Shown: positions 54,755 to 64,000 of the stretch, one piece after another
Position numbering within the stretch: the stretch's first letter is position 1
Layout: each line of letters opens with the position of its first letter
Assembly: GCA_044225505.1 (NCBI GenBank)
Contig: JBGAIN010000003.1
Span: 62,001-126,000 of the forward strand
Length of the DNA: 64,000 nucleotides
Direction of reading: 5' to 3'
Source: Limisphaerales bacterium
GTDB taxonomy: Bacteria; Verrucomicrobiota; Verrucomicrobiia; Limisphaerales; SIBE01
The notes under the pieces: model-generated
Seen by the model: the letters and a program-made list of their open reading frames with translations, nothing else
What the model was told of the DNA's origin: nothing
Database searches by the model: none
Made by a program: the position numbers and the translations under genes

Positions 54755-56122
54755 TCAGACAGCGGCGTCCAACCCGCGCATCGTCCCGGTGGACGAAGCG
54801 AATTTATCCGTTTCCAAACCTAAGCGTTGCAGCATGGAGACGAAGAGATTCGGGAGCGGATAATTGCGGTTGGTATCAAACCCAAGGTGCTGACCGTGCT
54901 TAAATCCACCGCCCGCAAAAAGAGTGGGCAAGTTTGTCGTCACGTGCGTGTTGGCGTTGCCCAAGTTCGATCCATACAGAATCATCGTTCGGTCCAGGAG
55001 TGAGTCTCCATCCTCACGGACCGATTTCAGTTGGCCAAACAATTCCTTCAACAGCTTCATGTGCCACAAATCTATGGCTTTTAGCTGAGCGATCTTGGCC
55101 TCGGATTTGCCATGGTGCGAAAGGTTGTGATAGCCATCCGTAGTCTTGACTTCACCGAATTCGATCGCCGGCGAATTAACGCTGTCCAAAAGCAACGCGA
55201 TCGAGCGGGAAGAATCGGTCTCAAACGCCAACCGCGCGATGTCGTACATCAACTGCACCTTGTCCATATACGCGCGAGGGCTTTCCGGATCCAAGGGCAC
55301 GGGCGCGCTCACCGTCGGTTTGGGTTTGTTCTCCCACTCCCGCGACATCGCCATGCGCTGCTCCAAATCGCGAACGCTGGTGAAATACTGGTCCAGCCGG
55401 TCCCGATCGTGCGTTCCGAGATCGCGCTGCATTTCTTTGGCTTGCCCTGCCACGGCGTCGAGAATGCTCTCGCCTAACTGCAATCGGCGCACCTGGTTCT
55501 CGGTCTCCTCCGCCGTGCCGCGCAAGAAAAGCTTGCGGAAGACGTCAGCCGCTTTCTCTTCGCAAGGAATGAGCACGCCGGAACTGGTCCAGGACAGGCT
55601 CCTTTGCCCGCGTTGAACATTCACTCCCAACGTCAGCGATGGAAAGCGAGTTAAGTGCCCGATCCGTTCGGCAATGTATTGGTCGAGCGAGATGGTGTTG
55701 CGGAAACTGCCTCGGCCCGGATGTGGCGCCGCCGTCAAAAAACAATTGTCCGCGGGATGCCCGCCATCCACGTCCGGATGAGACACACCACTGAAGACAG
55801 TGAATTCGTTGCGGTGCTCTTGCAGCACTTCCAAATACGGGGAAGGCGCGTAATCGCGACCCGCCTGGCTCGGAAAGAATTGATCCGGCAGCAACCCTAG
55901 GTTGTTGCAGATGGCAAGCACGCGACGGGGTTTGCCGTCAGCTACCGGGCTAGCCGCCTGGTCCGCGCGACGAACCAATCCCGCGAACGCCGGCTGCATG
56001 GCCTCAAGCATCGGCAGCGCCAGCACGATTCCCGCACCCCGCAGAAAGCGCCGGCGAGAGATCGGCGTCCGGGTGGAGACAAACGGGGCCGGACATGACG
56101 GGTTGAGGGAAAGTGGCTGCAT
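54755..56122 (-). CDS. DUF1552 (HXXSHH) domain protein
   Basis: ISRRRFLRG...[31 protein letters not shown]-like tail. Confidence 0.92.
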   Translation of the reverse strand: MQPLSLNPSCPAPFVSTRTPISRRRFLRGAGIVLALPMLEAMQPAFAGLVRRADQAASPVADGKPRRVLAICNNLGLLPDQFFPSQAGRDYAPSPYLEVLQEHRNEFTVFSGVSHPDVDGGHPADNCFLTAAPHPGRGSFRNTISLDQYIAERIGHLTRFPSLTLGVNVQRGQRSLSWTSSGVLIPCEEKAADVFRKLFLRGTAEETENQVRRLQLGESILDAVAGQAKEMQRDLGTHDRDRLDQYFTSVRDLEQRMAMSREWENKPKPTVSAPVPLDPESPRAYMDKVQLMYDIARLAFETDSSRSIALLLDSVNSPAIEFGEVKTTDGYHNLSHHGKSEAKIAQLKAIDLWHMKLLKELFGQLKSVREDGDSLLDRTMILYGSNLGNANTHVTTNLPTLFAGGGFKHGQHLGFDTNRNYPLPNLFVSMLQRLGLETDKFASSTGTMRGLDAAV

Positions 56123-56136
56123 TTCAAGTCCTCCGT

Positions 56137-58710
56137 TTACTTGTTCAGGAACAGGTCGCTTTGCACCAACTGGTGAATCAACGTGCGCACACCATAGCCG
56201 TTTGATCGCGCTCCGGCGAGCATTTTCGCGATGGCCGCGCGATCTGAGAAACGAATCGGCGCCCCCGTCGCATAGACCGCAAGTTGTTGCACGAGATTAC
56301 GCGCCAATTGTTCCTCCTCTTGCACGAAACATTGTTTGAGCTGGCGGACATCCGCGAAAGGGCGCCCGTCTGGCAACTCGCCACTTGGATCAACCCGCGG
56401 CCCGAGGTTAAAATGGAACTTATTACCGTTGTGTCCAATACCCTGCACCGGCTCGCCCTCTCCCACAGATCGATAACGATCGCGCCATGCGCCCATGACA
56501 TCGAAGCTTTCCAAGGCGAATCCGGCCGGATCAATATGACGGTGGCACGCTTGACACGATTCCTGAGCGCGATGTTTGGCGAGTTGCTCCCGTATCGTGG
56601 TCGCACCACGAATATCCGGATCGACCGCCGCGACCGCCGCGGGTGGCGGCGCAGGCGGTTTCCCGATCAGTCGCGTCATGATCCATACCCCCCGTTTCAC
56701 GGGAGAGGTCGAAGTCCCATTCGCAGTCACTTTCAAAACGCTCCCCTGCGTGAGTAAACCGCCCCGAATACTATTCGGCTCCAAGGGCACCACACGCAGC
56801 GCGACCCCGTCCACACCGGGGATCCCATAGTGCGTTGCCAACCTTTCGTTAAGGACGGCAAAATCTGACTGGATCAGATGGGTCACCCCAAGGTCGCGCC
56901 GAATTAAGACGTCAAAGAAACCTTGAGACTCCGCAATCATCGATTCCGCCAGTAGGTCGTCGAGTTGATAATCCGGGTAGAGCTCTTCGTCCGGAGCCGT
57001 TCCAGCAATCATACGAAGATCCAGCCAGTAATCGAGGAACGCTTCGACAAAACGCGCCGAGCGCGGATCGTCCAGCAATCGATCGGTTTCTTTCCTCAAA
57101 ACGGAGGGGTCCTGCAATTCCTCACGACTTGCTCGTTGGCGAAGCATCTCGTCCGGACAAGAATTCCAAAGGAAATACGAAAGCCGCTCGGCTACCGCCC
57201 AGCCATCCAACCGACCGGGCTTCCCTTGAAAGTAAAGGAAACCAGGAGAACAGAGCACCCCCGTGTAGCCCGCAACCATAGATTCCCCAAAACTGTATCC
57301 GTTGGTCAATGAACGCTCCACGATCGTCCAAAACCGTAATTCCTCACCTTCTCGCACCGGACGGCGATACGCCCTTTCCATGAAATGCCGCAACAACGGT
57401 CTGCCGTCGTTCTCCGGATTCTCCGAATCGATCATCACGCCCCCTGGACTGCGACGCACGATCCCAGCGCGATTCGTGGTCATGATCGGTGGTCGGTTGG
57501 TGATGGCCAGATTGCCAAAGAGCAACTGATGACTGGCCGGAGGCCATTGCTCGATCTGTGGCCCCTCCACTTCCATCCAGCTAAAGGCTAACGCTGGCAT
57601 CCCTTCCGGCGTGGCTAACGGGTTCTTATGGTCCGGCGGGCGCGAACGAAAGAACCGAGCCGCGTCCGGCCGGATGGTCTCACCCGCCAAAAGCCAAACC
57701 TCAAGCTCTCGAACGGTCGGCTCTGGCGTAAAGTCGAAGCTGCCGAGTTTGCGGAGACTCCGCGGCGGTATCTCAGCATAGATCGTGACCGGTTCGCTGC
57801 GCCGACCGACCGACGTTTCCGTGAACTTCGGCCCCATCCACACCGAGTAGCCCGAGAAGCGCAACCGATATTTGCCAGCGAACGGTGCCCGGAATCCGCC
57901 AAACCGTATTTCTGTCGGTTCGTAAGTGCTGACCACAACAGCCATCGCTTCCTTGGCGCGACGATCCGGGTCGACGGTCTTTGGCATCCGCGGCCTTTCT
58001 TGAGCCATTAAGTCGCGCTGTAATTCGACACCGACAAGCGGGAAAGTCCGGCGGTTCAAGGGACCTTCCAACTTGATTTTATCGAAAAACTCGTGCTCTT
58101 CCCAAGTATGATACCGCGTGGTCTTGAGCTCGGGCCGTTCGACTTGTGGAGCGATCGCTTGCTTTAATCCAAACTCCGCCGCGGCCAGGTATCGAGCCAT
58201 CTGGACATGCGAGACATCGAGCGCTTCTCCGATCTTGTTGAACCCAAAGGCCTCTCTGTCCTCAGGGAGGAACGCTTTGACTTCGAGATACGGCAACGAG
58301 AGCAACTCGCGCAGAGTTTCCTCGTACTCATACCGGTTAAGCCGACGTTTGGTGGCCCGCCCCTCTACGCCAATCTGCGCTTCATCCGCATCCACGAGGG
58401 CTTTGGCGAGCGAATTGGTGAATCCGCTCAGCTCACCAGGATCGGGACGGGGCTTTTTCGGAGGCGGCATCTCACCGTTGGCCACCCGGTCGTGGACTTT
58501 AATCCATGCGTCAAAAACGTCGCGGTCGTGAAGGTCGGACGAGAGTGCCTCTAGATCTAAACCGCCTTTTTTCGTATCGGAGTCGTGACACTCAAAACAG
58601 TGTTTTTCGAGGAAGGGCCTGGTCTCTCCAGGAGCACCGAGCCCCGGCAGCGCCCAGAGCACGCTCAGAGTCACACTTAAGGTCCAGCTATAAAGCCTCG
58701 AACGGGTCAC
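56137..58710 (-). CDS. DUF1592/DUF1588-family protein with planctomycete-type cytochrome c
   Basis: CFECH...[48 protein letters not shown]. The start is uncertain (GTG 58710 chosen). Confidence 0.92.
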   Translation of the reverse strand: MTRSRLYSWTLSVTLSVLWALPGLGAPGETRPFLEKHCFECHDSDTKKGGLDLEALSSDLHDRDVFDAWIKVHDRVANGEMPPPKKPRPDPGELSGFTNSLAKALVDADEAQIGVEGRATKRRLNRYEYEETLRELLSLPYLEVKAFLPEDREAFGFNKIGEALDVSHVQMARYLAAAEFGLKQAIAPQVERPELKTTRYHTWEEHEFFDKIKLEGPLNRRTFPLVGVELQRDLMAQERPRMPKTVDPDRRAKEAMAVVVSTYEPTEIRFGGFRAPFAGKYRLRFSGYSVWMGPKFTETSVGRRSEPVTIYAEIPPRSLRKLGSFDFTPEPTVRELEVWLLAGETIRPDAARFFRSRPPDHKNPLATPEGMPALAFSWMEVEGPQIEQWPPASHQLLFGNLAITNRPPIMTTNRAGIVRRSPGGVMIDSENPENDGRPLLRHFMERAYRRPVREGEELRFWTIVERSLTNGYSFGESMVAGYTGVLCSPGFLYFQGKPGRLDGWAVAERLSYFLWNSCPDEMLRQRASREELQDPSVLRKETDRLLDDPRSARFVEAFLDYWLDLRMIAGTAPDEELYPDYQLDDLLAESMIAESQGFFDVLIRRDLGVTHLIQSDFAVLNERLATHYGIPGVDGVALRVVPLEPNSIRGGLLTQGSVLKVTANGTSTSPVKRGVWIMTRLIGKPPAPPPAAVAAVDPDIRGATTIREQLAKHRAQESCQACHRHIDPAGFALESFDVMGAWRDRYRSVGEGEPVQGIGHNGNKFHFNLGPRVDPSGELPDGRPFADVRQLKQCFVQEEEQLARNLVQQLAVYATGAPIRFSDRAAIAKMLAGARSNGYGVRTLIHQLVQSDLFLNK

Positions 58711-58796
58711 AATTGTCTTCGAACGGCATTGTAACCCGAAGGGCCTCGCTTTCAAACACCTCTTTTCACCACACGTCGTTAACCGAGTCCTAAAGG

Positions 58797-59753
58797 TCAG
58801 TCGCGCGCATCGCCTGACGAGCTCAGAGCGAACCGCGTCGCCCCTGCTCGCGCTTCCCACAAGTCAAACTCGGGTTCCTGGCCATGAACCGATAGTCCGC
58901 CTTCATAAATCGGTGCTCCCGCTCCTTTCAAGGCTGCAGTCACCGACGGGCTCACGCGTGCCACGCGCACGAAGATCTCTTGAGCGAGCTTCTCATCCGG
59001 AATATACCGAAGCGCGACTGGCTTACCCGAAAAGTAAAGCGGCAAAACACTGGTTAAAGCACCCAACTCAGGAGCGGTTTGCAGACGTAAACTGTAATTC
59101 GAATAGCGAGCCCCGAGACTCGCTGTGTAAGGAACCAACAGCGGCGCTGCTTCCGAGGACGGTTGCCAATAAAGCTCCCGTGATCCAACCCCATCATCTT
59201 GACTCGCGACGATAAGCCCCCGGCCTGCTTGAACGAGTCGCAGAATTTCCGAAGCGTTATAGTGAATGCGAATGACGGGCCGGTCGTTCGTTCGGGATAA
59301 CCATTCGGCCGCTAACGCCTCCTCGCGCGACGGGTTGGACTGGGGCTCGCCTGCGAGAACTCGAGCGATCCGCGGGACCGCTTCCGGCACTTTAGGGATG
59401 GCCTTCGCGACGGACCTTACGGGCTCGGATACGGACCGTTCTGCTGGCTGTTCAGCCACTTCCGCCTGCGGCGCACCAGCCTCCCTCTTCTCCAAGCGGG
59501 AAGGCGCGGGGGCGACAATCGACGGCAGCTCTTTCGCCGGTGGCCGTGGAGGGACTAGATCCACTCGCGGCCGCGCCGCAACGGTGACTGGTGGAGCATG
59601 AACCGGCAACGGTTGCGCCATCGACGCCATTGGCGAAGGAAGTGTTCCTTTGCGAACCCCATGCCAGTAGCACGCCACCGCTGCCAATATGACCAGCACG
59701 GCCGCAAAGCCCGCGAGCAAGGCACGTCTTTGAATCTGTGAAAGAGTCATCAT
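58797..59753 (-). CDS. Membrane-anchored protein with Pro/Ala-rich linker and unknown C-terminal domain (TonB/TolA-like architecture)
   Basis: One N-terminal TM and about 110 aa of Pro/Ala/Glu-rich linker. ATGA overlap with the upstream exbD-like gene. Confidence 0.6.
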   Translation of the reverse strand: MMTLSQIQRRALLAGFAAVLVILAAVACYWHGVRKGTLPSPMASMAQPLPVHAPPVTVAARPRVDLVPPRPPAKELPSIVAPAPSRLEKREAGAPQAEVAEQPAERSVSEPVRSVAKAIPKVPEAVPRIARVLAGEPQSNPSREEALAAEWLSRTNDRPVIRIHYNASEILRLVQAGRGLIVASQDDGVGSRELYWQPSSEAAPLLVPYTASLGARYSNYSLRLQTAPELGALTSVLPLYFSGKPVALRYIPDEKLAQEIFVRVARVSPSVTAALKGAGAPIYEGGLSVHGQEPEFDLWEARAGATRFALSSSGDARD

Positions 59754-60169
59754 TGCGGCACGGTATCGATGCGAACCAAGTTCGTTGCCAAGGCGGTCTG
59801 CACGGCGAGCAGCGCTTGATGTAAATCCGTCGCGAGCGTCTTCGGTGGAAAGCGGAGCACAACAATCGCGGCTTGCCCGGGATGGCTCGCTCGCCATGCA
59901 TGTGCCATTTCGGAAGCACTCACTCCCACCCCAGGCGAATTCTCGGAGGCCGGAAGGAATTTGCCATCGGCACCCATTGCAACGTCCAAATCTGGCGTGG
60001 TCCCCTCCGACTGCAGCGAAGCCGCGCGACTCTGGCCGCGGGCCTGAGTGTCCGCTGCCGATCGTGTTCCGATCAGCATCAAGACGATCAGCGTCAGCGC
60101 CAGCGCGAAGTCGGACAATGTCCGCACCACCGCCACCGGTTCCTGATCTTCCTCTTCAAACGGCAGCAT
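59750..60169 (-). CDS. ExbD/TolR-like protein
   Basis: Acidic N-terminus, TM TLSDFALALTLIVLML with the conserved-position Asp, C-terminal IVVLRF...LHQALLAVQ alpha/beta domain. Confidence 0.65.
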   Translation of the reverse strand: MLPFEEEDQEPVAVVRTLSDFALALTLIVLMLIGTRSAADTQARGQSRAASLQSEGTTPDLDVAMGADGKFLPASENSPGVGVSASEMAHAWRASHPGQAAIVVLRFPPKTLATDLHQALLAVQTALATNLVRIDTVPQ

Positions 60170-60821
60170 GTGCCTCCTTATGCCGAAAGTTCAAACCAAC
60201 CTTAGCCACGTGCCGGATTGGCACTTCGCCCGCATCGAGTGTTGCGTCGGCTTCTTGGCGAGCCGGGCTTAGCAGGGTTTCGGTATCTTCTGCCGTCCAA
60301 AGGCGCAAGCGGGTCAATCGCGATAGATTCCAGAGCGCCAACGCGCAACCCACCGCGGCCACGCAGGTCGCAAGGCACCCCGTCCCAACTGAACCAATCA
60401 GCAGTTCCGGTCTGCCATGATGAGCAAAGTCGGTGGCGGCTGCGACCAAAGCCAACAGGGTGGCGATCAGCCCCATTAAGGTGCTCAGATCCCGTGTGAG
60501 AGCCATGCGCGTGCGCAAGGGCACAAACAACGATGCCTCGGCCAAATCAATCTTGCGCTGCAGCATTGTATTGCTTTCCACCCCCGGCCGTTCCAGGGCC
60601 ACACCAGCAATTCGAGCCGCTGGATGCACCTGAGCTTTAGTGCCGCCATCGTTAGGGGCTCTGCCTCGCAGCGCCTTGGATTCCCGTTTTAGAGCTCGGG
60701 ATAGTAGCGAGATCAGGCAGGCATCTCGAATCGCAATCCACAGCACCAGAGCAACCAATCCGTAAGACAGAAGATGCAGATAGCTCTGGCGCAGTAATGG
60801 CTCCAACAGAGTGAAGTTCAT
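60156..60821 (-). CDS. MotA/TolQ/ExbB-like proton channel protein (divergent)
   Basis: Three TMs. STLMGLIATLLAL and VGTGCLATCVAA match the PLLGLLGTV and GISEALIAT helices. Confidence 0.7.
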   Translation of the reverse strand: MNFTLLEPLLRQSYLHLLSYGLVALVLWIAIRDACLISLLSRALKRESKALRGRAPNDGGTKAQVHPAARIAGVALERPGVESNTMLQRKIDLAEASLFVPLRTRMALTRDLSTLMGLIATLLALVAAATDFAHHGRPELLIGSVGTGCLATCVAAVGCALALWNLSRLTRLRLWTAEDTETLLSPARQEADATLDAGEVPIRHVAKVGLNFRHKEAHAAV

Positions 60822-60835
60822 AGCTCAGGCAAATG

Positions 60836-60861
60836 AAAAAGGCGTGCTATGTGGGCACGTT
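60836..60861 (-). terminator. Weak intrinsic terminator-like hairpin within the operon
   Basis: Minus strand CGTGC-ccacata-GCACG-cc-TTTTT. Confidence 0.3.
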
Positions 60862-60868
60862 TCGATCC

Positions 60869-61300
60869 TTAGTGCTTTGCGCCTGGATCGAGCCGCGCGT
60901 CGAGTTCATCCACCGCACTGCGGAGTTTACGCAAGGCCTCGCGGATCGAAGCCTCGGACGGCGACGTTTCTTTGGCCTTGAAGGGCGGAGAGGCCACGAT
61001 GGACTTGACTGGTTCCATTTTCGGGACTGCCACCGAACTGGACGGACCCTTTGTTCCCGACGCTTCCGCTCGAGAAGTGGCGACCAACGACTCCATCTGC
61101 GCGCGCAAGGCTCGTGCGTGAGCTTCGGCATCCAAACCCCGTGAAGCTTCTTCGCCAATCTGCTGCACCAAGGTCGCCCGATCGGCAATTTCTTCCTGGG
61201 TCAGCGGAAGCGCCGTCGCAACGGGTGCTGAGGCTTTCGGTTCTGCGGCCCAGAGAGCCGGGGCCAGAGCGAGCAGGGCAAGGGAATATTGTCGTTTCAT
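60869..61300 (-). CDS. Exported helical hypothetical protein
   Basis: Signal peptide MKRQYSLALLALAPALWA, with two helical segments separated by a Ser/Pro linker. Confidence 0.7.
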   Translation of the reverse strand: MKRQYSLALLALAPALWAAEPKASAPVATALPLTQEEIADRATLVQQIGEEASRGLDAEAHARALRAQMESLVATSRAEASGTKGPSSSVAVPKMEPVKSIVASPPFKAKETSPSEASIREALRKLRSAVDELDARLDPGAKH

Positions 61301-61307
61301 AGGTTCG

Positions 61308-61517
61308 CTAAATAGGTTTGTTCTTCTTTTCGGCGGTTTGCTGGCAGCGTCGGAGTGTTTCGGTCAAATGCTCCGCGTTCTGCAAGATCTCCCGGTTCAC
61401 CTGCGCTGGCACCCGGTCGACGCGCTGGGGAGCTTCATGATGCGGCTTAACGTGGCGTCGGTTAATTATTCCGATCACGATAAAGGTTAGGATAAAAAGC
61501 AGTTTGAAGGCTTTCAT
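61308..61517 (-). CDS. Small single-TM hypothetical protein
   Basis: MKAFKLLFILTFIVIGII. ATGA overlap with the upstream gene. Confidence 0.65.
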   Translation of the reverse strand: MKAFKLLFILTFIVIGIINRRHVKPHHEAPQRVDRVPAQVNREILQNAEHLTETLRRCQQTAEKKNKPI

Positions 61518-62656
61518 GGGAGCTCAGATTGGTTCGCGGTGAATTCAGCTTTGCTTTCGCGACTGAGTCCGATCAAACGCAGCAGTCGATTCCACAACCC
61601 GTTGGAGGCTGGTTTCGCATCTGGGGACGGCGCTGGATTAAAAATGGGCGCCAGATCGTCTGGCAATGATTCGAACGTCTTGGCCAGAACATCATCGATC
61701 TGGCCGAGCTCTGTCTGCAATTCGGCGGCCGCCTTGGACTCCAAGTCAAATCGCTGATTGACGTCGATGAGATGCGCCACTCGTCCCACACTGCCGCCCA
61801 CGGTTTGAAACGAGGCTCCGTGCAAGCGGTAGGCCGCGGCCAGGTCAGCGAAATCCCGTTGCCGCGTCGTAAACTGATCCGCCATCGATTTGAGTTTCGT
61901 CAACGCCGCCTCGTTGGCGTTGGATTCCATGCGGAGGAATCGCTCAGCGAGATCGGCCGCACCGTAAAGCTGCAGAAGTTGGCTAATGCGCCGGCGCTCC
62001 GCTCCACTGATGGATACGTCGTTGGTCACTCCGCGCTCGGTGAGAGAACGGTGGAGTTCTCGCAGTTCACTCAGTCCGGTGCTCTTGGCACTGCCGTACT
62101 CATCCCGGGCTCGCGCTGCCTTGGTCGATTCCCCACCTAAGAGCTCCGCCTGCCGAATGCACTGGGTCGCCAATTCCGCGCAGGTGCGAGCGACAGATTC
62201 GGCTTCGATGGCAATCTTCTCGCTTTCGGTGGCCCCGATGCCAGCGACGACGGCCTCCCGATGGAGCAGCTCCATCGCGCTCCCAGCGCTCGGGTCGCGT
62301 TTATACGCGGCCACGGCTTCCGCCAAAGGATCCGCCTGCGCCGCAATCGCCGCCAATCGCTTCTGAACCTTCTCACGCGATCGTTGGATGGCATTTAGCG
62401 CCGTCTCCGTGGATCGAGGCGCGGGCGTAGAAACGAGGTCACTCACCTGGTCCCGATTACGCGGTAGAGCGGCCGAAACCGGGATCGTCACGGCAAGGGC
62501 GCCGAGGAAGAGGAGAGCAGTGACGAGGGCTGCGCACGTCGCGGACCGGGAAACTGCGGGCGGGCTGAGTATGCGAGTTTCCGGCGGCTGACAACCTTCG
62601 GGCTGCAGCACCGAACCGTGCGGTTCACGACAAGACAGGCGGCATAGATTGTCCAT
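61514..62656 (-). CDS. Membrane-anchored or exported coiled-coil hypothetical protein
   Basis: Hydrophobic segment AALVTALLFLGALAVTIPVSA followed by about 280 aa of Ala/Glu-rich helical sequence. The start is uncertain. Confidence 0.7.
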   Translation of the reverse strand: MDNLCRLSCREPHGSVLQPEGCQPPETRILSPPAVSRSATCAALVTALLFLGALAVTIPVSAALPRNRDQVSDLVSTPAPRSTETALNAIQRSREKVQKRLAAIAAQADPLAEAVAAYKRDPSAGSAMELLHREAVVAGIGATESEKIAIEAESVARTCAELATQCIRQAELLGGESTKAARARDEYGSAKSTGLSELRELHRSLTERGVTNDVSISGAERRRISQLLQLYGAADLAERFLRMESNANEAALTKLKSMADQFTTRQRDFADLAAAYRLHGASFQTVGGSVGRVAHLIDVNQRFDLESKAAAELQTELGQIDDVLAKTFESLPDDLAPIFNPAPSPDAKPASNGLWNRLLRLIGLSRESKAEFTANQSELP

Positions 62657-62799
62657 ATGTCCGCATACTTAGTCCACATAGTACAACATGTCAACTGTCA
62701 TAGACTATATTCCGTTTGGCACAATATTTTGTCCGCAGTCTCAATTAGTTGGTTAATTGTCGTTGACAGCGTCGTGTTTTTCCTCGTACCCAATAGTCT

Positions 62800-63948
62800 A
62801 TGTCGGCCGAGCAAATCCCGGGAGGTAACAAAAAATCAGAAGGGTTAACCGAACTAGCTAAACTCTTAGAAAGCGCTTTGGAGCGGCACGGGGCCTCCGC
62901 TCGGGCCATCGCGCAACGAGCTGGGATTGGGGCGAGTCACCTCAGTAAGGTGTTGAAGGCACAGCGGACCCTGCGTCGAGCCAAGTTAATGATATTGTGT
63001 GACTTGCTCGGCTTGGATCGGGAGAAAGTGCTTCGTCTAGCGGGGTTAAAGACGATGGATCGGCCCAACCTGGATCTAGGGAGAGTCACTCTGTTGCGGT
63101 CGATGGAGAGGTTTACCCTAAACGTCGTGGTCTCCGCTCGCGCCTACGACGCTGCATTATTCATGTGGATGTGCGGTCAGCAGCCTTTAAGCGAAGTCGG
63201 CGTTGACTGTCGACTGTGCCGGGCGGAATGGGGTGCGATTCCGGCAGAGGTCGCTAGCTATACCTACAGTGTCGGATTGCATAGCGATCGACCGGACTTG
63301 TTTCGATTAATCCGTTGGAGCCAGTTTACGTTAGACCGAGGACACGCGTTAATAGGAAGAGGCCACGAGGGTGGGACCGGCAGCGCCGGAATCGAAGCGT
63401 TGCGTCATCGCGCTCGCGGAGAAGGACGTCGGCTACTTGTCATTGCGTCCGATGATTCACTCGTCGAGCTCGCGCAGTCCTGTTTCGGGCTGAGGGAGGC
63501 GTTTGAGTTCCGGATGATCTCCAACCCCGATGTAGCTTTGGACAGCTTTCAATCGGGAGCGGGAGATCTTTTCCTCGGAGGATTCGCGCAACGATTTGCG
63601 CTCCGAGGTGGCGAGTTTCACGAGATCGTCGGACACAGTCAGGAGTATCCGCACTTTTATGCCATGCATTCCCTGATTTGCTCGCAACGGATGGCGGAGG
63701 AGAAACGAGCCTTGCTGCATGCCATCGACGCGCTTTGGTATGACACCGCCCGGCGTCTCTATACGGAGCCCGAGTATCGCACCTTGGTGTTCCAAGAGAT
63801 TGGCGACTTGCTCGAACGTCAGGCGATTGAAAAGCACGCGTTAACCCTGGAAGGCTTTCAATTACTTTTTAGTCCGGAGGGCGCAAGATACGCCGTCTTC
63901 GGACAAACACCGGCGCAGCTTTGGGAAGAAGCACAACGGTCCCGGTGA
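62800..63948 (+). CDS. XRE-type HTH regulator fused to a substrate-binding-protein-like domain
   Basis: SARAIAQRAGIGASHLSKV...LCDLLGL HTH. C-terminal ALDSFQSGAGDLFLGG resembles type 2 periplasmic-binding folds. No signal peptide. Confidence 0.65.
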   Translation: MSAEQIPGGNKKSEGLTELAKLLESALERHGASARAIAQRAGIGASHLSKVLKAQRTLRRAKLMILCDLLGLDREKVLRLAGLKTMDRPNLDLGRVTLLRSMERFTLNVVVSARAYDAALFMWMCGQQPLSEVGVDCRLCRAEWGAIPAEVASYTYSVGLHSDRPDLFRLIRWSQFTLDRGHALIGRGHEGGTGSAGIEALRHRARGEGRRLLVIASDDSLVELAQSCFGLREAFEFRMISNPDVALDSFQSGAGDLFLGGFAQRFALRGGEFHEIVGHSQEYPHFYAMHSLICSQRMAEEKRALLHAIDALWYDTARRLYTEPEYRTLVFQEIGDLLERQAIEKHALTLEGFQLLFSPEGARYAVFGQTPAQLWEEAQRSR

Positions 63949-64000
63949 AAGGCTCGCCCGGTCGGGTGCCGGAACAAGTGTTGACTCTCTTTCCCGTGCC

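Noticed and set aside
59750..60821. Zorya (ZorAB) anti-phage system
   Set aside because: No long cytoplasmic tail on the A subunit, no OmpA-like domain on the B subunit, and no zorC, zorD or zorE.
62716..62732. Sigma54 promoter TTGGCAC...TTTGT
   Set aside because: The -12 GC is missing and the spacing is off by one.

Overview
GC-rich chromosomal window whose gene content (H-X9-DG prepilin-like protein, ECF sigma plus Ser/Thr kinase-WD40 pair, DUF1552/DUF1592 pair, CotH-family proteins) points to a PVC-superphylum bacterium, probably Verrucomicrobia (inference). It has one 23-nt N gap and no recognisable CRISPR, rRNA, integrase or transposase. The left third holds signalling genes, CotH proteins, an RRM protein, tRNA-Val(GAC), terC and hsp20-lon. 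The centrepiece is a ~24-kb minus-strand type II secretion cluster: gspE-F-G-H-I-J-K, a PilM/PilN-like fusion, a PilO/GspM-like gene, the secretin and a lipoprotein. Its secretin is 4324 aa, with N0 plus about 47 tandem Secretin_N-type domains (canonical GspD has 3) and an internal four-domain super-repeat. Upstream lie Tat-exported proteins including a phospholipase C. At the right end is an uncharacterised ExbB/ExbD/TonB-like operon with coiled-coil proteins and a divergent HTH-substrate-binding regulator. Two intergenic elements share an odd architecture, inverted arrays of ~11-bp tandem repeats around a central hairpin, and there is a probable deletion scar joining two 5'-truncated genes back to back.
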